A stretch of 64,000 nucleotides of DNA from the human T2T-CHM13v2.0 reference genome, Homo sapiens: the NCBI RefSeq assembly GCF_009914755.1, contig NC_060942.1, one strand, 5' to 3'. Positions 12,890 through 26,445 of this stretch are shown piece after piece. How positions within the stretch are numbered: position 1 is the first letter of the stretch; each line of letters begins with the position of its first letter. Below the pieces are notes generated by a model, which saw only the letters and a program-made list of their open reading frames with translations, did not search any database and was not told where the DNA came from. Made by a program: the position numbers and the translations under genes.

Positions 12890-15074
12890 GTTCTGATTTG
12901 TTTTTTTCAGCCTTTCTGATCATCTACATTTTCTACAATAAATAATATACTCATTTTTATCAGGAGAAATCACATATTACTATTCAATTAAAATTGTAAA
13001 TGAAATTTACAGGAACAAGTAAAATAAGAACATTAAGTATAGGTTCAAGAAATTTTTACATTTTGTTTGCAAAGTTTTGACAGGATTTTAAGTGATATAG
13101 ATGTAAACTTCTAAAGTGATGTTAAGGAATTTTTAAACATGTTTCCAACTCCTTAATCATACTCTTAAGTCTGATGCTTACATACTTATTTGTAACATTT
13201 TATGACTAGACATGCACATATGAAAGAAGCATTATTAGGGATAAATAATGTTTGTTGGATTAGTTTAACAAAATGAATACAAGATGTAGAATTCATACGG
13301 ATGGATATAGATTTGGAAATAAAAAATGTTATACATTGGTTTTTAATTGTGTTATATTTCCTCAAGTAGTATCTATGCTGCTTTTATCATTACTATTATA
13401 ATATTACTATTGGTAATGTCTGTACAAATGTTTGCACCTTTAATACACATTTCAATGGTGATTATTCTCAATATTGTTTCATTCAAGATGACTTCAGAGA
13501 TTATTAAGGTGCATTGTCTTTCTTAGAAAAATAGTGAACAGTTGAAGGTTGGTAGTCATTATTTATTTAAAAAAAAGAAGAAGAAATTGTCAGAACTATT
13601 AGCTTATGATGCAGTGATTGCCTCTGAGTAACAGAGACAGAGTGAAATGCTACATAGGGTCCTTGCTATCTAACTTGAATGTTTAGATTGGCAGTCAACT
13701 AAAGTACTTTCCTAAATATCTTTTTCCAGAAGTAGAAACTCTTCCAGATGAGGCACTGAAGGTAACATGACGTTTATTTTTTCCTAATCCAAAATTACTC
13801 TGGCATATTAATAAGCAATTTTGTGTTATTATTTTTACCATTATTTGAATGCTATTTGAATGTATAAATCTTATATATGAGACTTATAGAACAATTTTTA
13901 AAGCTAGCAATGGAATCCAATAAGTTCAGATGCTGTAAACCATTCATATTCAGAATGTGATTGAAGACATATAGCAAGTTCAGAAGTGGGAGGAGCAAAT
14001 GTTTTAATTACTGCTGAGGAAACATCCGATTTACCCAGGGTGAATCACAAGTGAGTGAATGAGTGGTGAGATGGACCTATAACTGTATGGACCATTTTAT
14101 CTTCATATATGTGTGTCTGTCTACCAATTTGAAAAACCAAAGTTCTCTTTTAAAATGAAAATTACCTTCTTTGATAGAGAGTTATGAATTCCCTGAGGGA
14201 TTACTTTTGCCTTGATTGCTGAAGTTGAAAGGAGCATCCTTAAAAGCAGAGAGAGAGAGAGAGGAACAGGCACACTGAAGTTCTTTAGTGGCAATTTCCA
14301 ATCTATTTGCAGTTGTTTTTACCCATAAACTGTCTGGCAGAATGTTGATTTTTATTGTCATTGATATTTATTTCATTTTGTCCCCTGATTCTTGTAAACT
14401 GCATATGAAATAAAAAGCAAGCAAACAAATAGCTTTTGGTGGATGGCCTATTCTTCGGTCAAAATGATTCACGCTGGAAAATTCCAGATGAGTTCATGGT
14501 TCTAATCAGTAATTAACTAACACACACGTATAGCTCCAACTTCCTTATTTTCTGAGTTGTGTCTTATTCTCACTACGCCTGACTCAGGTAGGGGTAATTT
14601 TCAAAGGTATGGCCTTTTCTTCTTGATTGGATTTCAGACATGGAATAGATTTCTAAGATGGAGAAGATGAATTCTAAGGGAGCCAGAACATCTTTGAGGG
14701 TCACCTGTGTTGTAACTAGAGAAAAGAGAAAGCATACCTCATATACTGGTATACATATTTTCAATTGTTTATATATTTAACTTGAGGGCCTTACATTTTT
14801 AATGTGGCAATTGAAGAAATACACAGAAAGTCTATAGTTAGACTATTAAATTATCCAGAATGAAGGTGCTATTAAAAATCATGAATCAGATCATTAAATT
14901 CCATCTTGATTACTTTTCATGAGGTCTTCTTGAGACACCATATGAATCTTATATAAGCAATTAAAATATAGCTAATATAAGCATGAAATAGCTGAGGAAA
15001 TATTAAAATATATTATTAACATATTATATATTATATTAACATTTGATATTAAAATAGTAAAATATGGCATACTC

Positions 15075-15553
15075 TACATGGTAGACTTTATAAACACAGT
15101 ACTTTGTATGGTTAGGCTGCACTAAGTTTATTTTAAATATTTATGTTTCCTCAATAGGCAATTAAGCTTGGCTTATTACATTTTTTTACTTTAAAAACTT
15201 TTAAAACTTTTTGACTCTGTTATAATAACACTTAGCTTAAAATACAAATACCTTGTAAAGTTGTACAAAAATATTTTCTTTCTTTAAATAGTTATTCAAA
15301 AACTTCTGTTTCTTTTTCAAATTTTTTGGACTACTTATTTAAAAACTAGCACACAAACAAACATTTGGCCTCAGCCTATGCAGGGTCAGGATCATCAGTA
15401 TCACTGTCTTCCACCTCCATATCTTGTCCCACTTGGAAGGTCTTCAGGGGCAATTAGCATGCATGGAGCTGTCATCTCCTGTGACAGCAATTCTTTCTTC
15501 TGGAATACCTCCTAAAGGACCTGTCTAAAGCTGTTTTACAGTTAACTTTTTAA

Positions 15554-15603
<50 letters not shown>

Positions 15604-15922
15604 GGAGTATACTTTAAAATAATGACTAAAAGTATAGTATAGTAAAGACATAAACCAATGACATAGTCGCTTACAATCTTTATCAGGTATTCTGTATTTT
15701 ACATGATTGTATGTGCTAGGCTTTTATACAACTGGCAACGTGGTAGATGTGTTAACATCAGCATCACCACAAAAATGTGAGTAACACATTGTGTTACCAT
15801 ATTATGACAGCTACCCTGTCACTAGGTGATAGGAATTCTTCTGCTCCATTATAATCTTACGGGACCAGCTTTGTATATGCAGTCTGACATTGACTGAAAA
15901 GTTGTTACGAGGCACATGACTG
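15075..15922 (-). mobile_element. Tigger3/Tigger3b (TcMar) DNA transposon
   Basis: Ends in TIR-like GGCACATGACTG; contains GTCACTAGGTGATAGGAATT...CTCCATTATAATCTTACGGGACC and GGGTCAGGATCATCAGTATCACTGTCTTCCACCTCC; (CA)n at 15558-15600. Confidence 0.88.
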
Positions 15923-15944
15923 TCTACATAAAATGATATTCAGT

Positions 15945-16296
15945 CTTAGAACATGCAACAACATGGGTGAAACCTGAGGACATTGTGCTAAGTGAAATAA
16001 GCCAGTGACAAAAGGGCAAATACTGTATGATTCCATGTATAGGTCATAACTTGAAGTAGTCCAATTCATACACACAGTAAGTAGAGTGCCAGTTTCACGT
16101 GGCTAAGAGGAGGAGGCAATAAGGAGTTGTCTAATTATTGTGAAGTTTGAGTTTGGGAAGTTTAAAACGTTTTGGAGATAGAGCGTGGTGATGGTTATGT
16201 AACAATATGAATGTACTTAAGGCCACTGAATGGTATACTTGAAGATGTTTAAATGGTAAATTTAATGGTAAGTATATTTTACTAACATTAAAAAAT
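15945..16296 (+). mobile_element. L1MB-like 3' end
   Basis: GAGGACATTGTGCTAAGTGAAATAAGCCAG...AATACTGTATGATTCCA...GAATGTACTTAAGGCCACTGAA. Confidence 0.85.
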
Positions 16297-16971
16297 CAAA
16301 CAAAAAGTAAAAGAAAGGGGGTTGCATTGAAGTATAAACACTTCGAAGAGCTGTATTGCAAGAAACTTGGTGAAAAAAAAAAAGAGAGAGAGATCAAAAG
16401 ACAGAGTGTACTTTTGCCGCAAGGAGTGCAAACTCTTTACTACAACATAGTGGATATTAGCCCATGGAGGAAGCCTGGGTGATCATGGTTCAGACATGCC
16501 AGAGCTCCCTCATTTTGCAAAAACAGGAGTAGGGGAAGAGGTGGTCAGATCTGCAGTTGTCAACCAACCCCTAGAAGACAAATCATAAAATTGGGAAGAG
16601 CAGGGGAATTATCGCTGTTTATTTTCATTCAGATATTGAACAAGAACAGGTAAAAGAAACTATTTTAAAGCCTTCTGTGTTTCAAGGGGTTTCATGGTTA
16701 CATTGTGTAATTCCAGTATTTCTAATGTGCATTGAAGCCTATCTGGTATTTTCAAGAATGAAACAGATGATATTTCAGAAATAAAAATTTAACAACAAAT
16801 TTCTACCCTAATACACAAGCTAAAAATCCACCATTAGAATTTGATGTGTCTGTGAGTATGTGTGTGCACATGTGTGTAGAATTATCTTCTAAAAGGACAA
16901 TCTATAATTTCTGATTATTTATAGACAATGACAACTGATAAACATTAAATTTCTGAAAGAGTAAAAAATAA

Positions 16972-17057
16972 TTACTTAAATGTTTTCAAGAAGTCTAGGA
17001 TATTACATTTAAGAGTTACTTAAATGTTTTCAGAAAGTCTAGGAAATATTAACATTT
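16972..17057. repeat. Diverged ~44-bp tandem duplication
   Basis: TTACTTAAATGTTTTCA(AG/GA)AAGTCTAGGA...TATT..CATTT at 16972 and 17016. Confidence 0.9.
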
Positions 17058-17254
17058 CTTTTCTTATGCTTTTAGATTGACAGTCCTCAAAACTAAACAG
17101 GTTATATGTAAGAAGACACAGTTCTGAAAATCAGACAGGTTCACTTTCGTAATCCACAGTCCCAGGCAGAGATGAAATGAGAAGTGTGGATTGTGAGGAG
17201 TAGGCCAACCAGAGAGAACTCAAAGAGGGACAGAACAGAGGAGAATTTCTGAGC

Positions 17255-17705
17255 AGGTCTGAGATTTACCATTTATTCTCTAACCTTGCACGATGTACTT
17301 ATTTCTTTTATGCTTTAGTTTCCTCATATCTAAAATGAAGGTTTTAAAGGTATTTAACTCATAGAGTTCAGAGGAGAATTAACTAGGATAATACTAAAAT
17401 CAGTAATGCATAGTAAATTCCTACTGTGTGCAAATATAATTATAATATTAGTAATATTATTGATAATAATTGTTAATTATATTTTCATATTATCTTTGTT
17501 TCAGGAACAATGCTAAATGTTTCATAAATATCACTTTAGTTGATATTCTCAATAATCCTGTGAGGTCTATATTATTTTTACTCCTTTCTTTCCACATTGT
17601 AAATGGAACGTAAGACACAGAGAAGATGAATAACTGAAGGCCACTATGTGGCAGACTGAGGATTCCAAAAAAGTGTGCTGGCTTCAGAGCTCATGCTCCT
17701 AACAC
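17255..17705. mobile_element. Two MIRs tail-to-tail (plus ~17255-17440, minus ~17500-17705)
   Basis: AGTTTCCTCATATCTAAAATG core on plus; CTCAATAATCCTGTGAGG...CTTCAGAGCTCATGCTCCTAAC on minus. Confidence 0.65.
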
Positions 17706-20700
17706 ACAGTAAATGTTCAATGAATGAGAATCAGTGGTACTTTGTACATTATCATATCAGCAAGACATTAATTTAAAGGGGAAATAGCACACAAAACATT
17801 TCCATGGGCTAAATATCATCAATGGATTTATTTCTTTTACTTCTTTAATTCTTTTTTTTTTAAATGCTCATTTTATTTTTATTAGTCTTCTCATAAGAAG
17901 AATAGTCAGCTTTCTTTTACTACTACTAAAATTAGACCTGTTTTCACACATAAAAACAGGAGGTGATGGCTTGATATAATATTTTCTCTTAAATACCTAC
18001 CATACATATTATCCATATAAATTTGGATATTAAGATTGGAAAGAATTGAGGAACTGGAAAAAGAAACAATGTAGAGGAAAAGTTATAAGCACAAAAGAAT
18101 GAGTATTCAGGGGGAATAAGAAAATTTTACTTGCTCCGGACTCATCTACATTGTTGAAATAGGTAGGCTTATTTCAATTACCCAATCTAAAAACCAAACA
18201 GATTCCTAGCCTGAAGACACAATAGGTGGCAAATTATTTCTAGGATGGAGAAAGAAGGGCTGTAGCACAGTTTTCAGGCTGGAAAACATCCTTAATATTT
18301 CATATGGTTGGAACTTTGCTTCTCCAGCCCAAAATTCTGTCCCTGCTGTGGGACTGAGGCACAGTTCAAGGAAGGCCTTCAGACTTTACCTGACATCCCA
18401 GCAACAGGTGGGATAGTCTCAGAAACAAAAATCTTAATGCTGGAAGAGATCATCATGATTCATTGTATTTCAAACCACTTACAGTGTGAGACGTAGATCA
18501 TTTAAAGAACCCATCCCAATTTACAGAGTCCATGAGCTTGATCAATAGTTGTCCCCTGTGCTCATCCTTCTCTCTATATATCCAAGTTTATTGGATGTTC
18601 TCTTGTTTCCACTTTTACCACTTAACTAGGCAGCAGACTTTTATCATGGAAAGGAGCCTCCTGCTTAATTTTCTATTTTAGAAGACTTATTAAACTATAA
18701 TAAACTGAGCTGGCTGCATTTTTGTTTCCCAAAGACAATTACATTTTTAAGTATGAAAACTACATCTGCATTATGGCTGTCCCCCTGTTCCTTTTCCTGA
18801 AATCAAAGTGTTGGTAACTAGAAAGCTGGATGTTGTACTGTCAACGGGCAGCCTTTGGTTGTCAGATGCCTTTATTTTATCCTAATTTAAAGATGCCTCA
18901 AATAGGGGCACCTCACAAACTACAGCAATGTCCTCTGGTACCTTCTGTTATGTAATTGTATCCTCACCAATAATAATTTGGGGTCTTCTCTTTATTTTTA
19001 TTAATTGATTGATTGATTGGTTTTTCTCTCTATGCAGGAGTTTCATGCAAAGGTGATTGAATCACATTCCATCTGTTTTATCCAGCAAATGTTTCTATCA
19101 ACTTGCAAATGATTATGTTAAAAAAGTGGAATCTGTTCATCTATGAAAGCACAAGATCGTTTTAAGACTCTCAGTCGTACAGAGGATAACAAAGGGAAAA
19201 TAAAGATACTCTGCAAACTCTTAGCAAAACCTATCTATAAGTAAAACTGAAATGACTACAAAGAGTTATTATGAAACAGAAAAACCACATCATCTTCCTC
19301 TGGAAAACATTGCTCTCATTGTCAATTTGCTTTACATTTTAATGTGTAAATTTGTTCTTGGGATTTCACCTGAAAGACTCAACCATTTGGCATTCTGTGT
19401 AAGACGTAAATGTTATTAGAAACATGCAACAACATTTATTAAAATATATACGGAAACAAAGGCTAAGATTACTTTTCCACGTTTTTATTTCAGGGGTACC
19501 ACTAGGGCATTTAAACATGGGTTAAACCAGATTCAAAAAGCTTTCACTAGACAGTTAACACAAATGACTAAGAGCTTAATCAACACATAATCTTTAAATA
19601 CATTCAATAGAGGAATTGAACTGTTCATTGCATTATAATTTATAGGGTTTTTGTTTTTGATTACATAAGGGAAATGCATTTTTTATGCCTTAAAAGCATT
19701 CTTTTGTGATGTCAAAAAGACATTACACTATTGTTTAGAAAACGGTGTTTCAATTTGTTGGGGAAGTCTAAAATCACCGGAGTGGAAAAGATAACAAGTA
19801 GATTCTTCAAAGTCTTGCATTTGTGGCTTTTCTTTTTTTCTTCTCAACTTCTTTTCTTTGGTTAGATAATGAACACAGCTTTTCTCAATGGCATCTTCTA
19901 AGTGTTTAAATTTTATATTTAGTATATTTGTGGAAAGGCAGTGTAAACAGGATTAAAATCAGTAATTACTATTCCAAACAAGCATAAGGAAAGAAAATGG
20001 TAGTGAAAATAAAGTTTATGAATTTTTATTTTTTAATTTTTTTTTACATTTGGTAGTAGTATAAAAGTAATTCAATCTCCACTTAAACAATACCTGAGGT
20101 GACTATGTGGTTCAGCTGTTCCATCAAAGATAATTACAGAAAATTAAAGTGCTAAAGAGGCAAAGCTGCTCTTCTTATTTTGAAGTTTTTCAACATACTA
20201 AAGGAGGATGATTTTCAGAAGAGAAGACCCTTTGTTAGCATCTGTTTTATCCTCTTCCTCAAACGACAGCCCAGTTCTCTCCTAAGCAAGTCCCTGTGGC
20301 CGGTCTCCTCTGTTTATCCCGATCCTTATTGCCCCACACACATTCATCATACTAACACAGACAATAAAAAATTGCTGCTTATTCTGAAAATACTGTGAAC
20401 TCTTATCAGTCAAAAGGAAAAGGACACATTCCTTTCACTGGGAGTTTGTTGTAGTGATTGTTTCTGTAGGTCAGCCGAGGAGGGAAAAGCTGGTTTTGAG
20501 ATAGTATCCCTCATTGTTCAGAGGAGAACTCAAATGGAGATAGAGATATCAGTCTGAGAAAGAAGAGACACCCAAGCCATACAGATCCCCTCCCTCTCTC
20601 TCTTCTCCAAAGAAAAGGATTTGCATACACAAGTTTCCTTCTGAGCTTTATCCAAGGCAGCTTTTGACAGATGCTATCTGAAAAAGTGTCTGGAGAGGGA

Positions 20701-21891
20701 AAACTAGTACATTAATCAGTATTTCAGATGCAGGTTGGGGCAAAGCAGAACTTTCCATTTCTGATGGGAAGATGCCCCTGGGGGTGTCTGTCCCTTTCCA
20801 CGTCCCTAGGACTTCTCTAGAAAGTAATTTGCTCTGTGAGCTCTGGTAAACTATGTCTTTTTTCTATGGTTCCACTTACTCATTCAAAATTAGTTTAATT
20901 ATAAATATTCTCCATCTAGTAGGGCTCTTTTGAGAAACAAAAATATAAGATATGTGAAATTGTTTTGAAATATTATGAATACACAAATATAAGCAATTAT
21001 TGTCCTTAGGAATTAACAGAACTAAAGACCAAAGTACTATCCTAAGCAGCCCTACACTTGCAATTGTTTTTTAAACAAGATACTTATAAATAGCATTTTT
21101 TCATATATAAAATACTTTTGATAATCTCTCTCAATTCACATTTGGTCAACCTGATGTGTGTAAAAAGAGAGGTATATGTTCTCTAATTTTTTATTTAAAC
21201 TATGCAAAAGAAATCTATCTCTTCTTGCCTTTTTCTAACATCACATCCTGTGTCCATCTACTTTTAGTACAGTAATTATCTTGTCAGAAATACAATATAC
21301 TAGTCTTTAGACCAGACTAGTGTATTATATACACTAGTATGAAAAACGGGTTTTTTTAATGTTTTAACTGAAACAAATGTTTTTCTTTTAATTTTTCAAA
21401 TATCTAATGTAAAACTTCAAGAAGTACGGTAATCTCATTACCAAAAATAGATTTTATATATTAAAACATGGCATTTTTCTTTAAAGATTCAACCACTGAA
21501 AAGGCAATATTGCTTAGATGGGGATAACAACTACAAGAGTTTTAAATCAGTTCATATTTTTTATCCCATCTCTTAAACAAACAATTTCCAGACATATCTA
21601 CCTAAAATCAACAATTTATTTGCCTGATTCTTTGCTCTCCAGAGGCTGGTCTTTTACCTCTGTTGCACTCCAGCATGAATCATTTGGGATGTACATGGAT
21701 CCATTTGATGGATCCATATATGAAGCATACTCACTTCTCTCTCAGTCTCTCTGCTTATCATTTCCCCTAACGCAGAGAAAGCAGAACATGACATTTGTCC
21801 TTTCTAGCATGGCTATCATGGTACCTCATCATTTTAATGAAACAAAATAACAAACATTCACTGGCGCTTTCTCTGTGCAAAAAACTATGCT

Positions 21892-22190
21892 GGTCGGGCA
21901 CAGTGGCTCACGCCTGTTATTCCAGCATTTTGGGAGGCAGAGGCAGATGGATCACCTGAGGTCAGGAGTTTGAGACCATCCTAGTCAACATGGTGAAACC
22001 CTGTCCCTACTAAAAATACAAAAATTAGCTGGGCATGGTGATGTGCGCCTGTAATTCCAGCTACTAGGGAGTCTGAGGCAGGAGAATCACTTGAGCCCAG
22101 GAGGTGGAGTTGCAGTGAGCTGAGATGGCACCATTGCACTCCAGCCTGGGCAATAAGAGTGAGACTCCGTCTCAAAAAAAAAAAAAAAAA
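21892..22190 (+). mobile_element. AluS (AluSq-like)
   Basis: GGATCACCTGAGGTCAGGAG and GGGCAATAAGAGTGAG; TSD AAAAAACTATGC. Confidence 0.95.
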
Positions 22191-22729
22191 AAAAACTATG
22201 CCACTATGCCAAATAGTTTACATATAATGGAAACTTTAATTTTACAAAAAAATCTGTATCAAAATATAAAATGCTTATTTATTATAAACCTTTTTACTTT
22301 CCTTATTCTATTAATAAATGAGCACTAGACATTAAGATGCATTTGTAAATAATCTGAGATATGAACTGAGAAATCATATTCACTAGGTAAATCAAAAACC
22401 ACTCTTGCCTATAAGAAAAGCCATTTGTTGGGTGGAGAAGTAACTATCTGTTATTGGGCAAGATTCATCAATTTTTTCAAAGAACCGGTTAACGTAGGGA
22501 ACTGTCAATCAATGCATTTGTCAATCTTATGAACCTAGCCATAATTTAAGGTACTAGAAATTACACTGATTCCTTGTTATTTGCCTACTTTGCATCGATT
22601 AATTTGTGCTTAAAAAAAGGTAGAGAGACATTGCAGTGGAAATCTATCTAAAACCTCCAGATAAATCATATAATTAGGGCATTAAATGTCATGTTACTTA
22701 ACAAAACAGTATTTTTGTATAGGTTACAG

Positions 22730-23159
22730 AGTACATACATATCTTTATATGCCTGAATACACATACCATATGAATACATGTGTGTTTTTACATATGTATT
22801 TATATATACATATATAAATACATGTGTGTGTTTTTATATATGTACACATACAAACACACACATATGTGTGTGTGTATGTGTATATATATAAAATAGGATA
22901 TATAAATATATAAATATATATATTTATATATATAATATCTAATTATAATGATATATAATATATTATTATATATTATATATTATATATTATTATATAATAT
23001 ATATAATATATAATAATATATTATATATAATATATAATAATATATTATATAATATATAATTATAATATATCCTATTATAGTATAATAGGATTTATATACA
23101 TTTATATTTATATAAATGTATATAAATTTATATATGTAAATACATATATATATAAAATA

Positions 23160-23193
<34 letters not shown>

Positions 23194-23197
23194 TATT
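22730..23197. repeat. Palindromic AT-rich (TA)n tract
   Basis: Degenerate TA repeats with AATAGGA/TCCTATT in both orientations; perfect 42-bp palindrome at 23156-23197. Confidence 0.93.
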
Positions 23198-25189
23198 ACT
23201 TGTTTGGATGCCTTAGGGCACATTTTGCTAAATGATTAGATTCTATGTACATTAATATTTAAAACATATAAATATAAGGAGTTATCCTCAAAATATAACA
23301 TAGAATTTGAAATAGCAACAAATAAGTTAAATAAGTGAATACCTAGAATCTATTCATTCATATCAAAATATGAATTTCTATAAATTTGTATTCTTCCTGT
23401 GAGCAAAAATAGGGGAAGTTTTTATGGGACATAACTGTAATTTTAAAAATGTCTAGCTGCCATCATGTTTGGAAAATGAGGATGACCTTTATTCAGGGTG
23501 GTGAATGTTCCTCAAAGCATGCAGCCTAGATGACTCAGTCTTGCTGTTGAAATCTGATGGAAAGAGTCCCCAGAGGCAAGGTCATTATCTGATAAAAGGT
23601 ACTTCCTACCTGGGCTGCCCTCTTTATGAGCAGAAGTGGAGGGGAAAGTGAAACATAGTTCTTATGAGAAGATCAGCTCTCAGATAAACTTTTCTTTGTA
23701 AGAAGTGACTTTTCCAAGCTATTTCAAACCACTGGGATGTGGTGCATTTTGAAGATGGATAGTCAGCTGTGCCCCCACAGCTGTGAGAGCCTGGCACACT
23801 AGCTCTCCAGCCAGCTAGCAGGAAGACAGATACTGTCATCTGGGGGGAATGGATCACCCACAGATGTTTAGAAGAGGAGGATTGTCTATGTCCTTTGGCA
23901 AGCTCATGAACACCAACCTCTTGCATACAGGCAGAGAAAAAACTGAAATCAATGCCCAGCCTATCGTCATATTACCCAGCTTACTTTTACCACCACATCT
24001 TCATTCATTCTTAGGTGGAAGATAAATTGTTTGAGATGAAATTATTTGGACCTGGGGCAGATGCTGCAACATGTCTCCCTGTAAAGGTAACCCAATATAC
24101 CTGGATTTTCTAATATCAAAGTTGCTTAAGAGCAAATTTCTTCTACAGAAAATGAAGACTCAATTTTTTCTTCTAGAAGTATTCCAAATCTAGAGGTAAT
24201 GTTGACTTTTGAGTAAGTTTTTGTTTCCTCTGCATCCTACAAAACCTATTTGACACCACCATATGCTTGACCTCTGTCATGCTGCTTGCCAAAGACAACT
24301 GTGTCACCTAGAAGAAATGAACTTGTGAATGAAGAGATTCAGTCCTATAGAGATATTGTTGGAAATTCTTGATTCAGTGAAAAAAACCCAGAGAGCATAT
24401 TTCCATAGTCCACTTTAGTCCATGTAATGATCATGGATAATAACAACACTATAGTAAAATGTCCAATTGCTAGGTTTTTTTTGTTTATTTGTTTTTCCTA
24501 CTGACTCCAGATTTCACTATTTCTTTACATGCCTCAGCTGACCAATGCCTTAGTGGCCATGGACCATTTTCCATTTTGACTAACAGAAATATGACTTCTA
24601 GAAACATGCCTCCCCAATCTCCTCCATGTCAGTGTTCTCTGTTCCTGCAGATTACTTGCTACTGTATTTCAGCATAACTCAAACACAACCACTGTATCTC
24701 CAACACTAAATATTCTTATAAGTTTATTTTCTATAGCAACTGAGGTATTTTGGGGGGCCCAACAGAAATTTCCAGAAGACAAAATCTGATTGGCTAAGCC
24801 TATGTAATGGACTTGCTTTTCCTACATCAGGTGTCCTTCACTCTAATCAGAGTGGTAAAGTAAGGGTACAGTCATATTTACAATACAGCTATAGGAGCCT
24901 ATTTTATGAGTTGAAATGGGTAATTTACAAAGAAAAAAAATGGGAGGATTGGGTAAGAAACCTAAAGATGTCATTGTCAGCTACTTCCTTCTCCACCTAG
25001 ATCAGTAAGCAGAAGATAAGCAGAAAATAATATTGCAAATGCTTATTTCTCTAGATTAATGACAAAAGTGTCAGTATTATTCATGTATCCAGTATATTCA
25101 TACTTCATTTCATTAATTTCAAAATCTAGGCACTTCTTCCCATAGGGTTTAATTATTCAGAGTTTTCACACTTGTCAAAGTTCAGATAA

Positions 25190-25290
25190 ATGGTATTATA
25201 TCCTTGTATCCCCACACTTTGTACAATGCCTGACATATAATGAATGTTTAATGAATGTTTGAATAAAGGAATTAATAAAGTTTTTGAATG
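25190..25290 (+). mobile_element. L2 3' end
   Basis: TTGTATCCCCACAC...ACAATGCCTGACATATAA...AATGAATGTTTGAATAAA. Confidence 0.65.
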
Positions 25291-26445
25291 AATTTTGCAC
25301 ACATTCTTGAATGTGTTTATACAGGCGTTGAGCCGTAATATTCTAGAAAACTGGAAGAAATTCTCTCACAAAGAGTTCATTGGAAACTTTTTATTGCAGT
25401 TATTTCATCAAGCAATAACCATGTATTTTTTACTTTGTCTCTTCTTAATCACAATTTACTTTTATTTTATTTCATAAGAAGGTATGTGTTATTCTTTTAT
25501 TTTTACTGTTTGAATTTGGGATGTTAAAAGAGGCATCATCCACACATCTGGATAAATAGAATTATGGATTTTTACCTTAAATTTTCATTTGCATGTTCAA
25601 AAGGTGGAGATGTAAGTTTATTTGAGTTCAGTTACTTTTACTACTATAATAGTATCTAAGGTTCAAGCTTGACTTGTTGCCTTCTAATGACAACTGGTGA
25701 TTTGGGCTTCAGTGGGGGTATTTAATTGAAATTTCAAATGTGTTTGAATGTGCTTTTTCTGTAAATGACTATGACTTGGCTCTGTGTTGTCTGCTACGTA
25801 TTATACTATCCAATGTTAAGAACACATCGTTTCCTTTGATATATCAGAATATACTCTAATGCTTTAAGGTGTTCAACTTTGCCAAAATACTGCAACAAAA
25901 TTAATGAAATGAAAATGTTCCATGAATGGAGCTATTTTTCCAAAACTGAGACATGTATTGAGTAAAAAACTATCATCCAAGGATAAAATCATGGCCAAAG
26001 GAGTTTGTTTTATCAGCATTGGCTCTTCTTAAATAATTTTAAAGAATAACAATGAGAAGAATTTTTCTGATTTGAGGAATAAGCAGTGCATTAAACTAGC
26101 CTGAGAGTAAATGCCACTCCCATGATGTCACTTCATGTACAATTCATGTACTTTCTTATTACCTAGAAGATAAATTCCAAACTATTCAGATTGATGTGAC
26201 TTTCCTCAATCTGCTCCTATTCTATCATTTCAACTTTGTAAAGAATATTTTACTTACAGAAGACAGTCTTTTCACTTCCCACATATGAATCTCATTCTAA
26301 ATTTAGGATCTTAATCATCACTCCTCATCTTTCTTTTCCTCTCTTGCTCATGATTTAGAACCGAACTAAATTGCTTCATTTCAAGGTTTGCCCTTTCTAT
26401 CTCTGTCTCTCTTTATGTCCCTGTCTCTGTCTGTTTCTCTTTATA

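Noticed and set aside
19005-19060. Splice-acceptor-like TTTTTCTCTCTATGCAG|GAG
   Set aside because: No convincing open exon or supporting partner; such motifs are common by chance. RNA-seq would be needed.
24600-24960. Possible very old MLT1-type LTR (CTGATTGGCTAAGCC...CAGGTGTCC...CTAATCAG)
   Set aside because: Too diverged to assign a family or boundaries by eye.
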